A stretch of 64,000 nucleotides of DNA, taken from NCBI RefSeq assembly GCF_006345805.1, contig NC_043005.1, positions 80,414,001-80,478,000 of the forward strand. Reading direction: 5' to 3'. The translations under genes and the position numbers were made by a program. The DNA comes from Octopus sinensis (lineage: Eukaryota). Positions 26,919 to 40,758 of the stretch are shown piece after piece; positions within the stretch are counted from its first letter, which is position 1; each line of letters opens with the position of its first letter. The notes beneath the pieces are model-generated. The model saw only the letters and a program-made list of their open reading frames with translations. It had not been told where the DNA came from and did no database searches.

Positions 26919-29445
26919 CAAACATAGCTCACCCTACGTCATTAACTGGTTCCAGGAGACACGACTTCAGTCGAACAAACTTGTCTCTAGGATATGCTAG
27001 GCCGAATTTATTTGTCTCTAGGCTAAACTGATAATAACCATTCCCAGTTCTGTACTTTATTTATGAATGCATTTTCAATAATACATGGTTAATAAAAACC
27101 TATTCTAAGCTTACAAACAAATAAGTTATTATTTTTGAATACAGTACAATAAAAAAAAGGCAATCTAAATTTACGAATACAATTTGGCGGTGTTTATCCT
27201 ACATCGTGTACGCTTTATTTTTCAGTGCAGTTTGCAATAAGACATGGGAAAATAAAATCCCTTTTTAAGCTTATAAAACAAGTTCAGTAATTATTATTAT
27301 TTTGCAATAGTAAAAAGAAAGGACTAAATCACTTCAAATTTACCAATAAGTATATACAATTTGGTGGTTTACATCGCGGATATAGATGGCTGTGGATCAA
27401 CATCAACAGCTGAATCTGGCTGTTCTTGTTGTTCAATGCACTTAAAAAGCCGGTTGAGATTTCCTTGAACTGTCATCTTTTCCTCAAGGATTACATTATA
27501 AGGAGCAAAAGCTTCATGACAATCCCCATAATCTTGGAAAAGTGTTGAGAATTTGGATCCATATCCTCGAACATAGAAATACCTTTTTTCTATGTATGCA
27601 AATGCTTGCTGCATTTTCTTAATGGTAAAGTGACCTGGCTCATGTTCGACTTACTCTTCTTCTTTATTTTGCGGCTCGTGAAGCCCAATAAAATCCTCAG
27701 TCGTCAGGGACTGCTTGTCTTTTTCAAATAAATCTGTGAAATCCTCCTCCTACAAATCCACTTCCAGTTGTTTGTTCTTAGTCACCAACGTTTTATTGAT
27801 GGCACCATTATCAAACCCCTTAAAATCATCCACGAATGATTTTACTCTGTTCATAACCGTGCTCTGTACATCATTTCATGCCACTGCTATGTTCTGTACA
27901 GCCTTGTAGATATCGTATCTCTTCCAAAAGTCACGAAGTGTGATGGACTCATCAAGATCAGTTGCAGCTATTGCTTGCCGCAGCGCACGCTTAATATAAT
28001 AACGCTTGAATATAGCAATTATTCCCTGATCAATTGGCTACAGAAGAGCCATGGTGTTCGGTGAGAGGTATATGACGGTAACGATGGAGTCAAAATCTAC
28101 GGTGTTTTGCGGGTGATCTGGAGCATTATATAAGATAATTAAAACCTTATAAGGAATCCCCTCCTCCTTAAAGTACTTCTCTGCAGCTGGGATAAAAATG
28201 ATTGAAGAACCAATCTTCAAAAACAATAAGAGTAACCCGTGCTTTTGAATTAGCCATCCATATAACAGAGAGAGATACCTTGGGTATGTTCTTCAAGTCA
28301 CAGAGTCTGTGTGCATGATATACATGCAATTGCTTTAAATTAAACTCTCCTGCACAATTGCCTCCCAACATAATGGTCACACGTTCTTTTGAGACCTTTT
28401 AACCTGAAATAGTTTTTTCCTTCTTGGAAATGAATGAACGGCCTGCCACCTTTTTCCAATACAATCCAGTTTCGTCCACATTAAATATCTGTTCGGGAAG
28501 AAACCCGTTTTCTTCGATGATTTTCTTTAATGCATTAAGAAATTCCGCCGTTGCTTATTCATCAGCTGATGCACTTTTACCTTATTTCTTAATGGAGTGA
28601 TAACTTCTTCGCTCCTTAACTCTCATGAATCATCCTTTTTTGGCCTTGAATTTTATATCTTTCTCATCTGGATATTTTTTCTTCAGTTCCTCAAACAAAG
28701 ACGACACTTTATCTTGAATGATTTCTTCTAACAATCCAAACAGAAAGAAGACTTTCCATCTTTCAATGATTTTGCCTCTTTTCTTATTGATGACAGTGTT
28801 CTTCATCCCTGAGGCTTCAGATTTACCATGTGCTAAAATCTCCTTATTACGTACAATCATCGATACAGTTGTCCAACTCATCCCAAAATATTGTGCAATT
28901 GCTACCACATTTTTACATTTTTCATTGCGTTTTATCATAGCCAGTTTACCTTCCACCGTTATAGCATGACACTTAGCACTTTTACTATGAATTTTCTTAG
29001 GAGCCATAAGGACAAAAAATAAATTCACAAATGAATGAGAATAAGACACAGACGTAAACAAATCTGAATTCAAAACAATCACGGGAATCCGAGTGACAAC
29101 GACGTACAACGGTAGATGCAATATGACCTCCGAAAGACAGCAGAGCTGATTTCATGATTTCGTTCACTAAGCTACACGACTTTATGGTGTGTATCTTAAC
29201 ATTTGCTGTATGTATTTTAATATGATTTTATATCATTTTATTCTTATTTATAGTACAGTAACATGATTTTTATGTGCTTTTAAAGGTTTTCTAGTAATTT
29301 TACGATTCCAATAATTGTGGCCGACAGACGTAAAGTCGAGTAAAATGACTTAGCTTGACTTTTATTTTTCCCAATGTCATCTTTTGCAAACCGACTTATA
29401 ATCGAGAAAAACTTAAACGAAACGGCTTAAACCGAGGTATCCCTG
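26919..29445 (-). mobile_element. Full-length decayed Tigger/pogo DNA transposon (~2.5 kb)
   Basis: TIR CAGGGATACCTCGGTTTAAG with TA at 29446-47 and a degenerate partner at 26919. Transposase from ATG 29007: MAPKK..AITVEGKL (psq-HTH), FKAKKGW (CENP-B HTH), PEQIFNVDETGLYWK, KERVTIMLGGN (DDE_1). Multiple stops and frameshifts. Confidence 0.92.
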
Positions 29446-29497
29446 TATATATATATATATACATATACCTTTATATACATATATATGATATATTTAC

Positions 29498-29534
<37 letters not shown>

Positions 29535-29841
29535 GTGTGTGTGTGTGTGTGTGTGTGTGCGTGTGCGTGTGTGTGTGCGTGCATATATACATATATATGA
29601 TATATTTACATATATATATATTATATATATATATATATATATACATATACCTTTATATACATATATATAAAAATATATTCTTTTATTCTCTTATTCGTTT
29701 CAGTCATTTGCCTGCGGCCATACATATATATATATATACACAGATACATACACACTTATGTAGATGTGACGCAGAGAACTCAAACCCAGAATAACCTTAT
29801 CACGAAGGAAAAGGCTTTACCACACAGCTGTGTCATCTGTT

Positions 29842-29882
<41 letters not shown>

Positions 29883-29986
29883 GTTGTGCTCGCACGCATA
29901 CTCAAGCACTCACATCCGCTCACACTCACAGTCACACACCTATATACTGATATATTCTATACGCTGTGTCTATTTGTACATTACAA

Positions 29987-30027
<41 letters not shown>

Positions 30028-31126
30028 TGTAATAAATTTTATATTATAGTTCATCCTTTACAATCAAATTAGACTATCATGTCATACAATATGTTATTTA
30101 TGACAACAATTCATTTCTTGTTGACCCTATTAAACATACAATTATTTACATTTAATTTTCTTTTCTAAGCATGCTTGATTCTATTTAGGAATAGAAACCA
30201 CTCATCGATGAAAAGGAAAAAAAGAATAGATTACAAGACAAAGCATAACAAAAATAAACAGCAACAATCTATAGCATTGTACACAGTGAAAACAGTGAAA
30301 TAAAATTTTATTAGTCAGAGAAAGCCATTCAAAATAATCCATTTAAAGGAATAATTATTATAAATTTAATCAATGATAAACATTTTTTTTTAGAGGAATA
30401 ACATATTAAAGATTTCATTTGGAGATTATTGAAGGACTCATAATCAATTATTGAAGAGAATGGAAACAAAAATAGTTCTAATGAAAGAAATATATAATGA
30501 TGTATAATTTAATTATAGTGGAGACAATGAGATTTCCTTCTAACAATTTTCCTAACGGTTTATGTAAAATCAGTAAAACATTCAGCAAATAAAATGTCGG
30601 ATTCTATTGAATGAGCACAATAGACGTTAATTGTTTTACTATATTTTCTGGTCAGGCAGGGGAATGTGAGATTTTGGGACGTTCATGCCTGACGTGAGGG
30701 TATCTAATTGAAAGGAAGGAAAATATTTTAAACTGGACATATACCAATATTTAGTTATAATCACATGATATGGAACTAAGTGATACGGTTCCATATTCAC
30801 TGATGAGTTCTGTACAAGTAAGCCATTTATTACAAGGATTCTAACGATAACTTTCTTCGACACCATTCATATCTGACAACATTTTATTCAATAAATTTTC
30901 GTACGTAAGCTAGTGTATAAATTGCGGCGCTTGTCTGTTAATTTTAACATGGATCCAATTTTAATCTTGTAATATATAATCTAAGGTTTGTTTCCGTATT
31001 CTCTCTTCCTCTTCTGCTTCTATTTCGTTCCTCTGGTCTAGTACCGGCATTGTTTTTCGGTTGACCGTTCTTAAGTTTTCCAGCCAAACAACAGCCAGAA
31101 AAAGGGGACATATACACATACACACA

Positions 31127-31245
31127 CAGTGTTGGCCAGAAGTCACCCGAGAGTAAATCAAAAATCCATAAATACTATCTGTAATTCTGTATTGACTCGA
31201 ATATATATATACAAGGTTGGCCAAAAGTCACCTGATAGTATATCG
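31127..31245 (+). mobile_element. Two direct copies of a Tc1-type TIR (period 85 bp)
   Basis: cagtgttggccagaagtcacccgagagtaaat (31127) and caaggttggccaaaagtcacctgatagta (31212). Same TIR as the MITE at 54186. Confidence 0.65.
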
Positions 31246-31404
31246 AAAACATTTAATTCCATTACATAGATATAGATAGATATATATGTATATAAATACA
31301 TAAGCGTTTATACATATGCATATGAATAGAGTTGATGATGCAAACAAGCTTGAACTTCATATATATAAAAATATACTTACATATACCTGTAAATATATAC
31401 AGGT

Positions 31405-31487
<83 letters not shown>

Positions 31488-31677
31488 ATACCTATAGAGA
31501 GAGGAAGAGATACACAAATACTGAAAATATTCAGAAAATTAACAATCATGTCTAAGCATATAGATATTTATATATTTACAGAACAGATTTACATGGAGTA
31601 CAAAAGATAGAGAAGATTAAGGTCAGAGAGAGCAGGTCATTTCAGGTTCACACATATGTACATATAGATACATACAT

Positions 31678-31802
<125 letters not shown>

Positions 31803-32313
31803 CATATGTATATACATATATATATATATACATGCGTGTATGATTGTGGGTGTGTATGTGTGCGTGTGAGCTTGAGTGTGTGTGTGCGTGTGAGTGCGTG
31901 TGTGTTTGTAATTATGGATGTTTTCAGACGAATGCCTAGAATGGTAATTAATACTGAAAGAATGATTATGATTTTCATTCTTTTAGGTCAGATGGATTTT
32001 CATATATGCCCAACGTCAAGCAATCACTCGCCGTTCATCTTCCTGATAGCTCTGAATAAAGAAAGGAGAGCTGAAGTTAGATTCATTGCCATAGCATCCA
32101 GCCTGTAGTGAGTGATAGCCTTGTGAGAGTTCACAGTGTTAAGATCATCACATACTTTACTACCAGCGAAAAATCTTCAGTGTGTGCATGTGTGTATGTA
32201 TGTATGTGTCAGATTTTCATGTGTAAGTTTTTCAAAGATGCAATATATTTTGCATTAAACACGCTTTGGAGCAGCAATGGCATCTCTTATAAGACTGAAA
32301 TATATATAATCTT

Positions 32314-32725
32314 TACTCTTTTACTCTTTTAATTGTTTCAGTCATTTGACTGCGGCCATGCTGGAGCACCGCTTTTAGTCGAGCAAATCGACCCCGGGAC
32401 TTATTCTTTGTAAACCTAGTACTTATTCTATCGGTCTCTTTTGCCGAACCGCTAAGTTACGAGGACGTAAACACACCAGCATCGGTTGTCGAGCGATGTT
32501 GGGGGGACAAACACAGACACACAAACACAAACAAACACATATATACATATATATATACATATATACGACGGGCTTCTTTCAGTTTCCGTCTACCAAATCC
32601 ACTCACAAGACTTTAGTCGGCCCGAGACTATAGTAGAAGACACTTGCCCAAGGGGCCACGCAGTGGGACTTAACCCGGCATCATGTTGTTGGTAAGTAAG
32701 CTACTTACCACACTGTCACTCCTGC
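32314..32725 (-). mobile_element. Complete SINE of the 2201/15019 family, followed by a + strand Nin-like SINE head (32726-32820)
   Basis: tactcttttaattgtttcagtcatttgactgcggccatgctggagcacc...ggtaagtaagctacttaccacac. Confidence 0.85.
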
Positions 32726-32982
32726 GGCGGCTAGTTGGCCGAGCGAAATGCTTAGCGGTATTTTGTCTGTCTTTATGTTCTGAGTTCAAATTCTGCCGAG
32801 GTTGAATTTGCCATTCATCCAGTCTAATCGTCTGGCCCTCTCCCCCAAAATAACGTGCCTTGTGCCTGCAATAGAAAACAGTCGTTTGAGGGTCGATAAT
32901 AGAAGAAACAATTGAACACTTGGGATGACGTAATCAGCTTACACCAAGGCCAACATTGCTGGTTGTGTACCAAAGTCTGAAA

Positions 32983-33047
<65 letters not shown>

Positions 33048-33051
33048 ATAA

Positions 33052-33123
<72 letters not shown>

Positions 33124-33740
33124 ACTTACTTGGAAATGGATGCGTGACGTTCGATCATATAATAATAAAAATAATATATAAATATATGCATATATACATA
33201 CATATATGTACATACCTACATATATATGTACATATACATACATATATGGGTGTAAACATTTATGCATGTACCTATACATATATGTGTACTATGTACATAT
33301 ATATATGTATATATGCATGTATTTATGCATTATATCTATATATATACACACAAGGGCGAGTTGGCTGAATCGTCAGAACGACTAGGCAGAATTTTCTTGG
33401 TGTTACTTCCTTTTGAGTTTACAAATTTTCGAGAGGACTTCAAATAATTATTTTGTGGAACATTGGATATTCGATGCATATAAACCTAAGAATAATAACA
33501 TGGAATAATTCGGATGTAAACACCTTATGTCCTAGAATATCTTCCTTGGACTTTTCGCATTGCAAAGTTCTATTTTCCTGTTTATATCACATGCATAAAT
33601 GTATGTATGTATGTATGCATGTATGTAAGCTATTGCAAAGGGAGAGATGGAGACTCTTGTTTAAGCATGTAAAAACGCGTGCACATATGTGTGTGCCAGT
33701 GTGAGTGCCTGAATATATATGTGTGTGTGTGTGTGTGTGT

Positions 33741-33777
<37 letters not shown>

Positions 33778-34067
33778 ATGTATGTGTGCGCGCGCGTGTT
33801 GATGAAGTTGTACATGTGTAGACTTCCGCGTGGTCTACATGTGAAGTTGTCTACTTGTTTGGGTCTCATATTTGGTAATTAGTTTATTTTTTTTATATTT
33901 ATGTTTAAATTTCAATATTTGTTCCTCTGACTCTACCACTGAACGTTGAAGTATGAACTTTCATACAGAGTTTTGTGTTCTAAGATATGTACTTCAATAT
34001 ATTTTCATGTACACATACATACGCACTTACATACATACACACACACACACACATACATATATATTAT

Positions 34068-34098
<31 letters not shown>

Positions 34099-34536
34099 AA
34101 CACATATATAAATCTGGCTGGAAGTATATACATGGTTTTACATGTTCATTTAAACAGATATTTACATATATAGATACATATTTACACATGTAAACATACA
34201 TACATCTTTATTTATATGTGTATATAAGTATGTGTGTGTATGTTTGTGTGTGTTTATGTATTTGTGTGTGTGCGTCTGTATCCATAGATGCATAAATATG
34301 CACATGCATTCATACGTATATAAATACGAGTTTGTGTATGTCTGTGCATATGTAGTGTTTGTGTGTGCGTGTATGCGTGCGTGCATGCATTCGTGTGTGT
34401 GCGCGTGTGTGTGTGCGTGCGCGTTCGTACTTGCGTGCGTGTGGGCACGCGTGTTTGTGTTTGGGCGTTGTATGTCTGTATGTATTTGTGTTTCGTGTCC
34501 GTGTGTGCATGTGTGTGCATGTGTCTGTGTTTGGGC

Positions 34537-34581
<45 letters not shown>

Positions 34582-34676
34582 AGCGTGTGGCGTGTGTGTG
34601 TGTGTGTGTGTTATCCCGACATAACACTATGGTGAGTAGTCAGTCAGACGACAGGAGATGAAGAGAGAGAGCTTAC

Positions 34677-34888
34677 TCAAGCAGAGATAATTTTTCACAT
34701 CTTCCTTATAATAAAAGCAAATTAAGAACCGATTTCCATATTAACGTATTCGACTAGATTGTGAATTAGTGCGTCAATGGTGCGTTGACAGTGACAATGC
34801 GAGCACAGAGAGCAGATAGTGAAACCGGAAATTGCAAAGAATTGTTCAATGGCGGCCGACTCTGATGAAAAATAAGATGAGAGTAAGT
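34677..34888 (+). promoter_or_regulatory. Candidate housekeeping-type promoter / first exon
   Basis: CpG-richer unique island with ETS-like CCGGAA (34825), YY1-like ATGGCGGCC (34849) and ATG AGA|gtaagt donor (34883). An oppositely oriented donor (cttac 34672-76) is also present. Confidence 0.3.
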
Positions 34889-36527
34889 GTTTGTATGTAT
34901 TAATATAGACACGTGGATTTGCAGACATGTTTATGCTGTGTATGTCTAAATGTTTTTTTATTGTCTTTCTTTAATGTATATGATTATTATGTTGTTGTCG
35001 GTTTTTATTTTATTATTAGTGTTAATGTTAATGTATGTTATGTGAATGCATGAGAAAATGAAACGGAAATATAAATTTAAAGAAAAAAATATTTGGTGAA
35101 AGTGGAGGAATATAAAGAATAGGTGAATGTTAGCAGAAAACGTCATGATATGATTATCTATTGGATCACCTCGTCTTGGGAAGCAAGGAAACAACAAAAG
35201 GAAACGAAAGGAAATAAGCAAACAAAAAATGAATTATGAATGTGAAAAATTATGGCAAAGAAATCCGTATGTATGTATGTGTTCCTGCGTGTGTGTTTTT
35301 GTATGTGGGATGGAGAGAGCTTGTGTGCGTTAAATGATTACATCATACATGTATGTATGCTTGAATATTGTTGAGAATAAATAAATAAAATAAAATGGAG
35401 GTTTAAATAAAAGGTAGGCTGCTGAGATAAGAAGTATGAAATACAAACGAAGCGAGATAACGGCTGAGAATAATAACAAATTTGAAACATAAAAAGAAGA
35501 TATTATCATCCTAAGAAGAGAATTACAGCAAATAGAAGGAAAAGCAGTGAAATAAAAACGAAAATAAGAAAGCATTGAAAAATTTGAAGGAAAAATTTCA
35601 AAACAGGCAAAAAATGAAAGAGGAAGTTTTCAACGATAGAAAATAAGTAACGTAAAGAAGAAAGAGGATGTTTTCAAAGATGGAGGATAAGTAATATAAA
35701 GAAGTATTTTCCATTGAACATTATTATGGTTATACTATGATTAGCAGCAGGGGATGTAAGTAAAACGCTTTTATTTATGGTTAACCACATTAACGCTCTG
35801 GTGAGAGATTTTGTTGAAATCTTTGGATATCTACTGAGATGTAATGAATCGATTGTTGATTATACTGTAGTAAAGCGTACCTACACACTGGTTTCATAGG
35901 TAGTTTGACTGAGTTATATAAGGTTTTGTATTGCGAACGGATTCATGGTAACATGTGTTACAGGAAATAAGCTGTCTCTCCCTGAATTGGCAATCGGAAA
36001 AATAAAGTTTTAAAAAATAATAAAAAATAACAAATGAAAACGGTGAGCTGTGAATCTGAGGAATTAGGTAACCTCTCCATAATCTAAAAGTGCTGAACAT
36101 TTCTTGAATTCTTTCTGAAAATTCTTTTCACAAATGTATTTAAGAAGCATAATCTGGAGAGGAGAAAAAGCAAAATATTGCACAGGCATCGTTCAGTTTT
36201 ATATGTCTACACAAAAATAATGACTTCAAATTTCGGTTTTAAGTCGTCGATTATATCGATACTAGGGCTCATCTCTTACTTATTTCGTCGACCCCAAATG
36301 GATAAAAAGGCAAAGTTAAATTGGTGGGCATTTGAACTCAGAACATACATCTAAAAGAAATACCACTAAGCATTTCGTCGACCGGGCTAAAAACTCTACT
36401 AGTTTTCAACCCCACTTTGTCTCAAACTAATTCAAGTGATATACTTAAGGCTTTGATAAAAATACATTAGAAGTGTGCTTATGGTTTGTGTCTATTAGCT
36501 TATAAATAATAGATGCGCCTTTTTAAA

Positions 36528-36745
36528 GCCTAGCCAGCTTCATGGGCCCGGTTTCCCGGTTTCTATGGTGTATGTGTTCCCCAGTTAGATGAGACGCCAG
36601 GCCATCGCAGCGTTCACTCATTTTTTCTAGCTGGGTGGACTGGAGCAAAGTGAAATGAAGTGTTTTGCTCAAGAACACAACGCGAATCGAAACCACAATC
36701 TTACGATCATGGTGCTGACACCCTCACCACTAAGCCACGCACCTC
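36528..36745 (-). mobile_element. Meta-like SINE
   Basis: cccggtttcccggtttc...catcgcag...gaatcgaaacc...accactaagccacgc is the reverse complement of the 4696 family. Confidence 0.7.
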
Positions 36746-37877
36746 TACTATTAGCCTATATTTCCTTCATATAAAATTGTTGCACTTCATTCTCTATTTT
36801 GCCAGGATTTATAAGTTGACATATCTAGAGTAATCTGATGTGACAATGACGTAATCTCTCTGATATGGAAGAGGTAAAGTATAAAAAAACTTATCGTTCG
36901 GTCCAGATGCAATAAAAGGTTGCACATAAGGCGCTTAAGTAGCAGCATCCAATGGGTGTCTACTGAGATGTATCGTAGCGCTGAGAAACAATTTATATTG
37001 CTCACCATCGACGGTTGACGGTTTCTTCTCTGCATTGTAGATCTCTTTTGTACCTCACGATTCGAGAGTGATAAGTTCTTGTAGTAAAATTCGGTTAAAG
37101 ACAGCAAGCTCGCAAGGCATGCAAATCTCCAGGGGATACAAAATCTACATTATTTACATTTGACAGATATTTGTCCTCATCATGTTTGTTGTTAACACGA
37201 TGGTGATTTTAAATTTTGGCACAAAGCCAGTTAGTTTGTAAGACCCCAAAATTACGAAAAGTATATTCGACCCCGGCGAAATTCGAATTCAGAACATAAA
37301 GACGCACGGAATGTCGCTAAGCATTTCTCCCGGCTTTTCAATGATTCTGATTTGCTTACAATAATGACGGACTCGACCGTCGAAGGCGACGCATCAGCGT
37401 TCAGCTTTTGCTGAACGACTAGCACAAATGATTTCTTTGTAATGACCAACTGTCACGTTAGCTCACTCCCTCCATGAAATAGATGTTGTCTGAATATCTG
37501 CATTGTGTACCACGTGTCAGATGTCGAAGTGATCGCAGAGCAGCGTGAGATGGAAGTTTTTCACAAAAGAACACAAAGCAGTACCTGGTTTAGAGATTGA
37601 AATCAGGACCTCGCAGCACCTAGCTACTAGGCCATGATGTACCATAGCCAGTAGGCCATGAGACCTTAGAATTTGACTGCTACATATTTTAATGACTAGG
37701 AAATGATGAATGACAAACAGGTCAACTATGCCTTTCTTCCATACGGATAAAAACAGAACTTGTTGAGGGCTGGGGACAATATCATCGTTTATCCGCCTTT
37801 CCTTACAATTTGAGGCATTCCTGCCTATTGTAGAAAAGAATATAATAATGGTGGTGGTTTTAAATTTTTAAATTATT

Positions 37878-38095
37878 GAGGCGGCGTGCTGGTAGAGTCG
37901 TTAGCACGCCATGCGAAGTGCTTAGTGGTATTTCGTCTGCCGCTACACTCAGAGTTCAAATTCCACCGAGATCAACAGTGCCTTTCTTTCATCCTTTCGG
38001 GTCCGATAAAATAAGTACCAGTTAAACACTGGGATTAATTTAATTGAATTATAATCTCTCCTAAATCAACTGCCCTTGTGGCAAAAACTGGAACC
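37878..38095 (+). mobile_element. Nin/Deu-like tRNA SINE
   Basis: aggcggcgtgctggtagagtcgttagcacgcc...gagttcaaattccaccgag...catcctttcgggtccgataaaataagtacc. Confidence 0.8.
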
Positions 38096-38116
38096 ATTAT
38101 CATTATTATTATTATT

Positions 38117-38147
<31 letters not shown>

Positions 38148-38156
38148 CTGTTGTTG

Positions 38157-38197
<41 letters not shown>

Positions 38198-38280
38198 GCC
38201 TACGTCATCATTATTGTCATGTAAATCGCAAGAGTCGTTGTAAAACTAGTGTTAACTGCAGCAACAACAGCTGCAGCAGT

Positions 38281-38315
<35 letters not shown>

Positions 38316-38739
38316 TAGTAGTAGTAGCAGCAACAGCAGCAGCGGTGTTGGCGGCGTCGGTGGTAGTACTGGCGTTGGCGTAGGACGAATTGATTGCGGA
38401 GGAAGAGGAGGAAAAACGAACAAAAGCAGTATGTTTACTGTCATTACCACGACTGTATAAATGATGATAGCATTTGACTTTCGCTACAAAAGCTTCTCTA
38501 TTAAGGTAGGTGAGAAATGACGAAGATCGAAAGCGTTGAATCAACATTCAGCATCGATTTTCAAATACAAACGTATTCTAAGCATTGCTTCCGCTTCACT
38601 GACAAAACTCTTTTTGTGGCGGGCAGCAGGTGACGCTTTTGCCAGAATATAGCGCTATTATAACCGAATTACTACTGACAACAGAAAGAATTATAAATGA
38701 TGTTATATAATGATCATGAAAATGATCGTGATGATGTTG

Positions 38740-38786
<47 letters not shown>

Positions 38787-39163
38787 GTGAGGATGATGAT
38801 GACAATGATGCTGATGGTGATGCTGCTGATGATGATGATGATGGTGATGATGATGGAGATGATGATGGTGATGATGATGATGGTGATGATGATGATGGTG
38901 ATGATGATGATGATGGTAAAGATGATGATAATGATGATGGTGATGATGATGATGATGATGGTGACGAGGACGATGACGGCAACGACTTCGACTAATATGA
39001 CGACTACGACGACGATGATGATGATGGTGATGGTGTTGGTGCTGCTGCTGCGGCTGCTGCTTCTGGGGCTCATGACGATCATGTTGACGATGATGGGGGC
39101 GACGACAGCGATTCTGATGATCTTGCTGGAGGCGTTGATGATGATGATGATGATGACTATCAT

Positions 39164-39219
<56 letters not shown>

Positions 39220-39340
39220 TAATAATAATAATAATGGTAATATTAATTTATAATTCGTTGTATTATTATTGTTTTTGTTGTTGTTCTTGCTTCTATTATT
39301 ATCATTGTTGTTATTTTTATCATTATTATTATCATAGTTG

Positions 39341-39387
<47 letters not shown>

Positions 39388-39925
39388 TTATTATTATTAT
39401 TGCTATCATTTTTATTATTATAACAACAAGAACAACAATCCCATGAATAAAATTGATTGAAACACTGTTCATGGTGTATTATCTGCAAAATATAGACATG
39501 AACGTCTCTCTATTCCTAAATGACAGCTTTTCTTCAGAATGGTTTTCAGGAATCATCTGCTCCATCTCTTTGCTGTTCCCTTGATATAAAATTGAAGTGT
39601 TTGACGAGTAAACAGTTTCACTGCTTCTGAGGATAAACTATGCGTGGGGTCAATACCTAGCGTCAATGCGCTGACATCAAGCAGCTGTCTGCAGTTAGAG
39701 ATGACTAAATTCTTTCATCGTGTGTTCTCCTTTTATTTTAGCCTGTTTGTTCCATTTTTCTCTTGTCCAACTCTTCTATTTCTAAATTAGTTCATTTACA
39801 CATTTGATCTTGTTTAGTGATAGGAATTTAAAACAGCGCTAAGTGATGATATAGAATAATATCTCGCTTGAATAATCTAGATTAAACAATGCTCGGTTCA
39901 TTTTTAGAGATACCCGACAATAATA

Positions 39926-39963
<38 letters not shown>

Positions 39964-40074
39964 TAATAATAATAATAATAAAATAATAATAATATAATAA
40001 TAATAATAATAATAATGATGATAATAATAATGATAATGATGATGATAATAATAATAATAATAATAATAATGATA

Positions 40075-40127
<53 letters not shown>

Positions 40128-40140
40128 TAATAATATAATA
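38095..40140. repeat. Mosaic of trinucleotide microsatellites (ATT/GTT, GCA/GTA, GAT, ATA, TAT) with unique spacers
   Basis: Direct reading; source of the poly-M/S/I ORFs. Confidence 0.95.
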
Positions 40141-40489
40141 ATTCGTTTTTACTTGTTTCTGTTTGTATTAGTGTTAGCATTGTTATTCGATGATGCCGCA
40201 GTCAGATATTGTTGTGAAGCTGATCTTCGAACTACTAAACATAGTTACTAGATGGGGTATAAGTTTGTTATTGATTTTGATTTTTGATTTTTGATTTTTA
40301 CAACTTATTTTTGCATCTTCGAAAATGTTCTAGTCTAACGATAAAAGGGTTAAAAAGAAATAAGGGTTGCTATGTTTCCAGACAAATTATTTTTTATTCA
40401 AGCTGTTTATATATAATATATATATATATATAATATATATAATATATATATATATACATATATACATAAACAAGAGAGACGGAGACAGG

Positions 40490-40680
40490 CAGAAACAAGA
40501 AAAATACCACTTGTATTTGAACACTATGCTAATATTCTTTTAAAAAAACTTTTCTTTGAATTTTTCCAAAATTTAATTGTTTTCCATACTTACAGTTGAA
40601 AAAGTCTCAATGACCGAAACCGGCAATGAATGGTATTTATAAATTATTTTACCATTTTCTATCTTCACTTTTTTTTCAAA
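40490..40680 (+). mobile_element. Penelope-like tail with degenerate hammerhead (ttgaaaaagtctcaatgaccgaaaccgg, ~40596-40628)
   Basis: GTC/GAC stem II, GAAA and palindromic ACCGG(T)-type stem III, flanked by (TA)n. Core decayed. Confidence 0.45.
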
Positions 40681-40698
40681 TATATATATATAATATAT

Positions 40699-40758
<60 letters not shown>

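Noticed and set aside
30656-30693. WD40-like GNVRFWDV in an exon-like segment
   Set aside because: An in-frame TGA follows before a credible donor, and there is no further WD context.
32020-32140. Kunitz-like GCYGNESNF on the minus strand
   Set aside because: The other Kunitz cysteines and the FxYGG motif are absent, and the frame is short.
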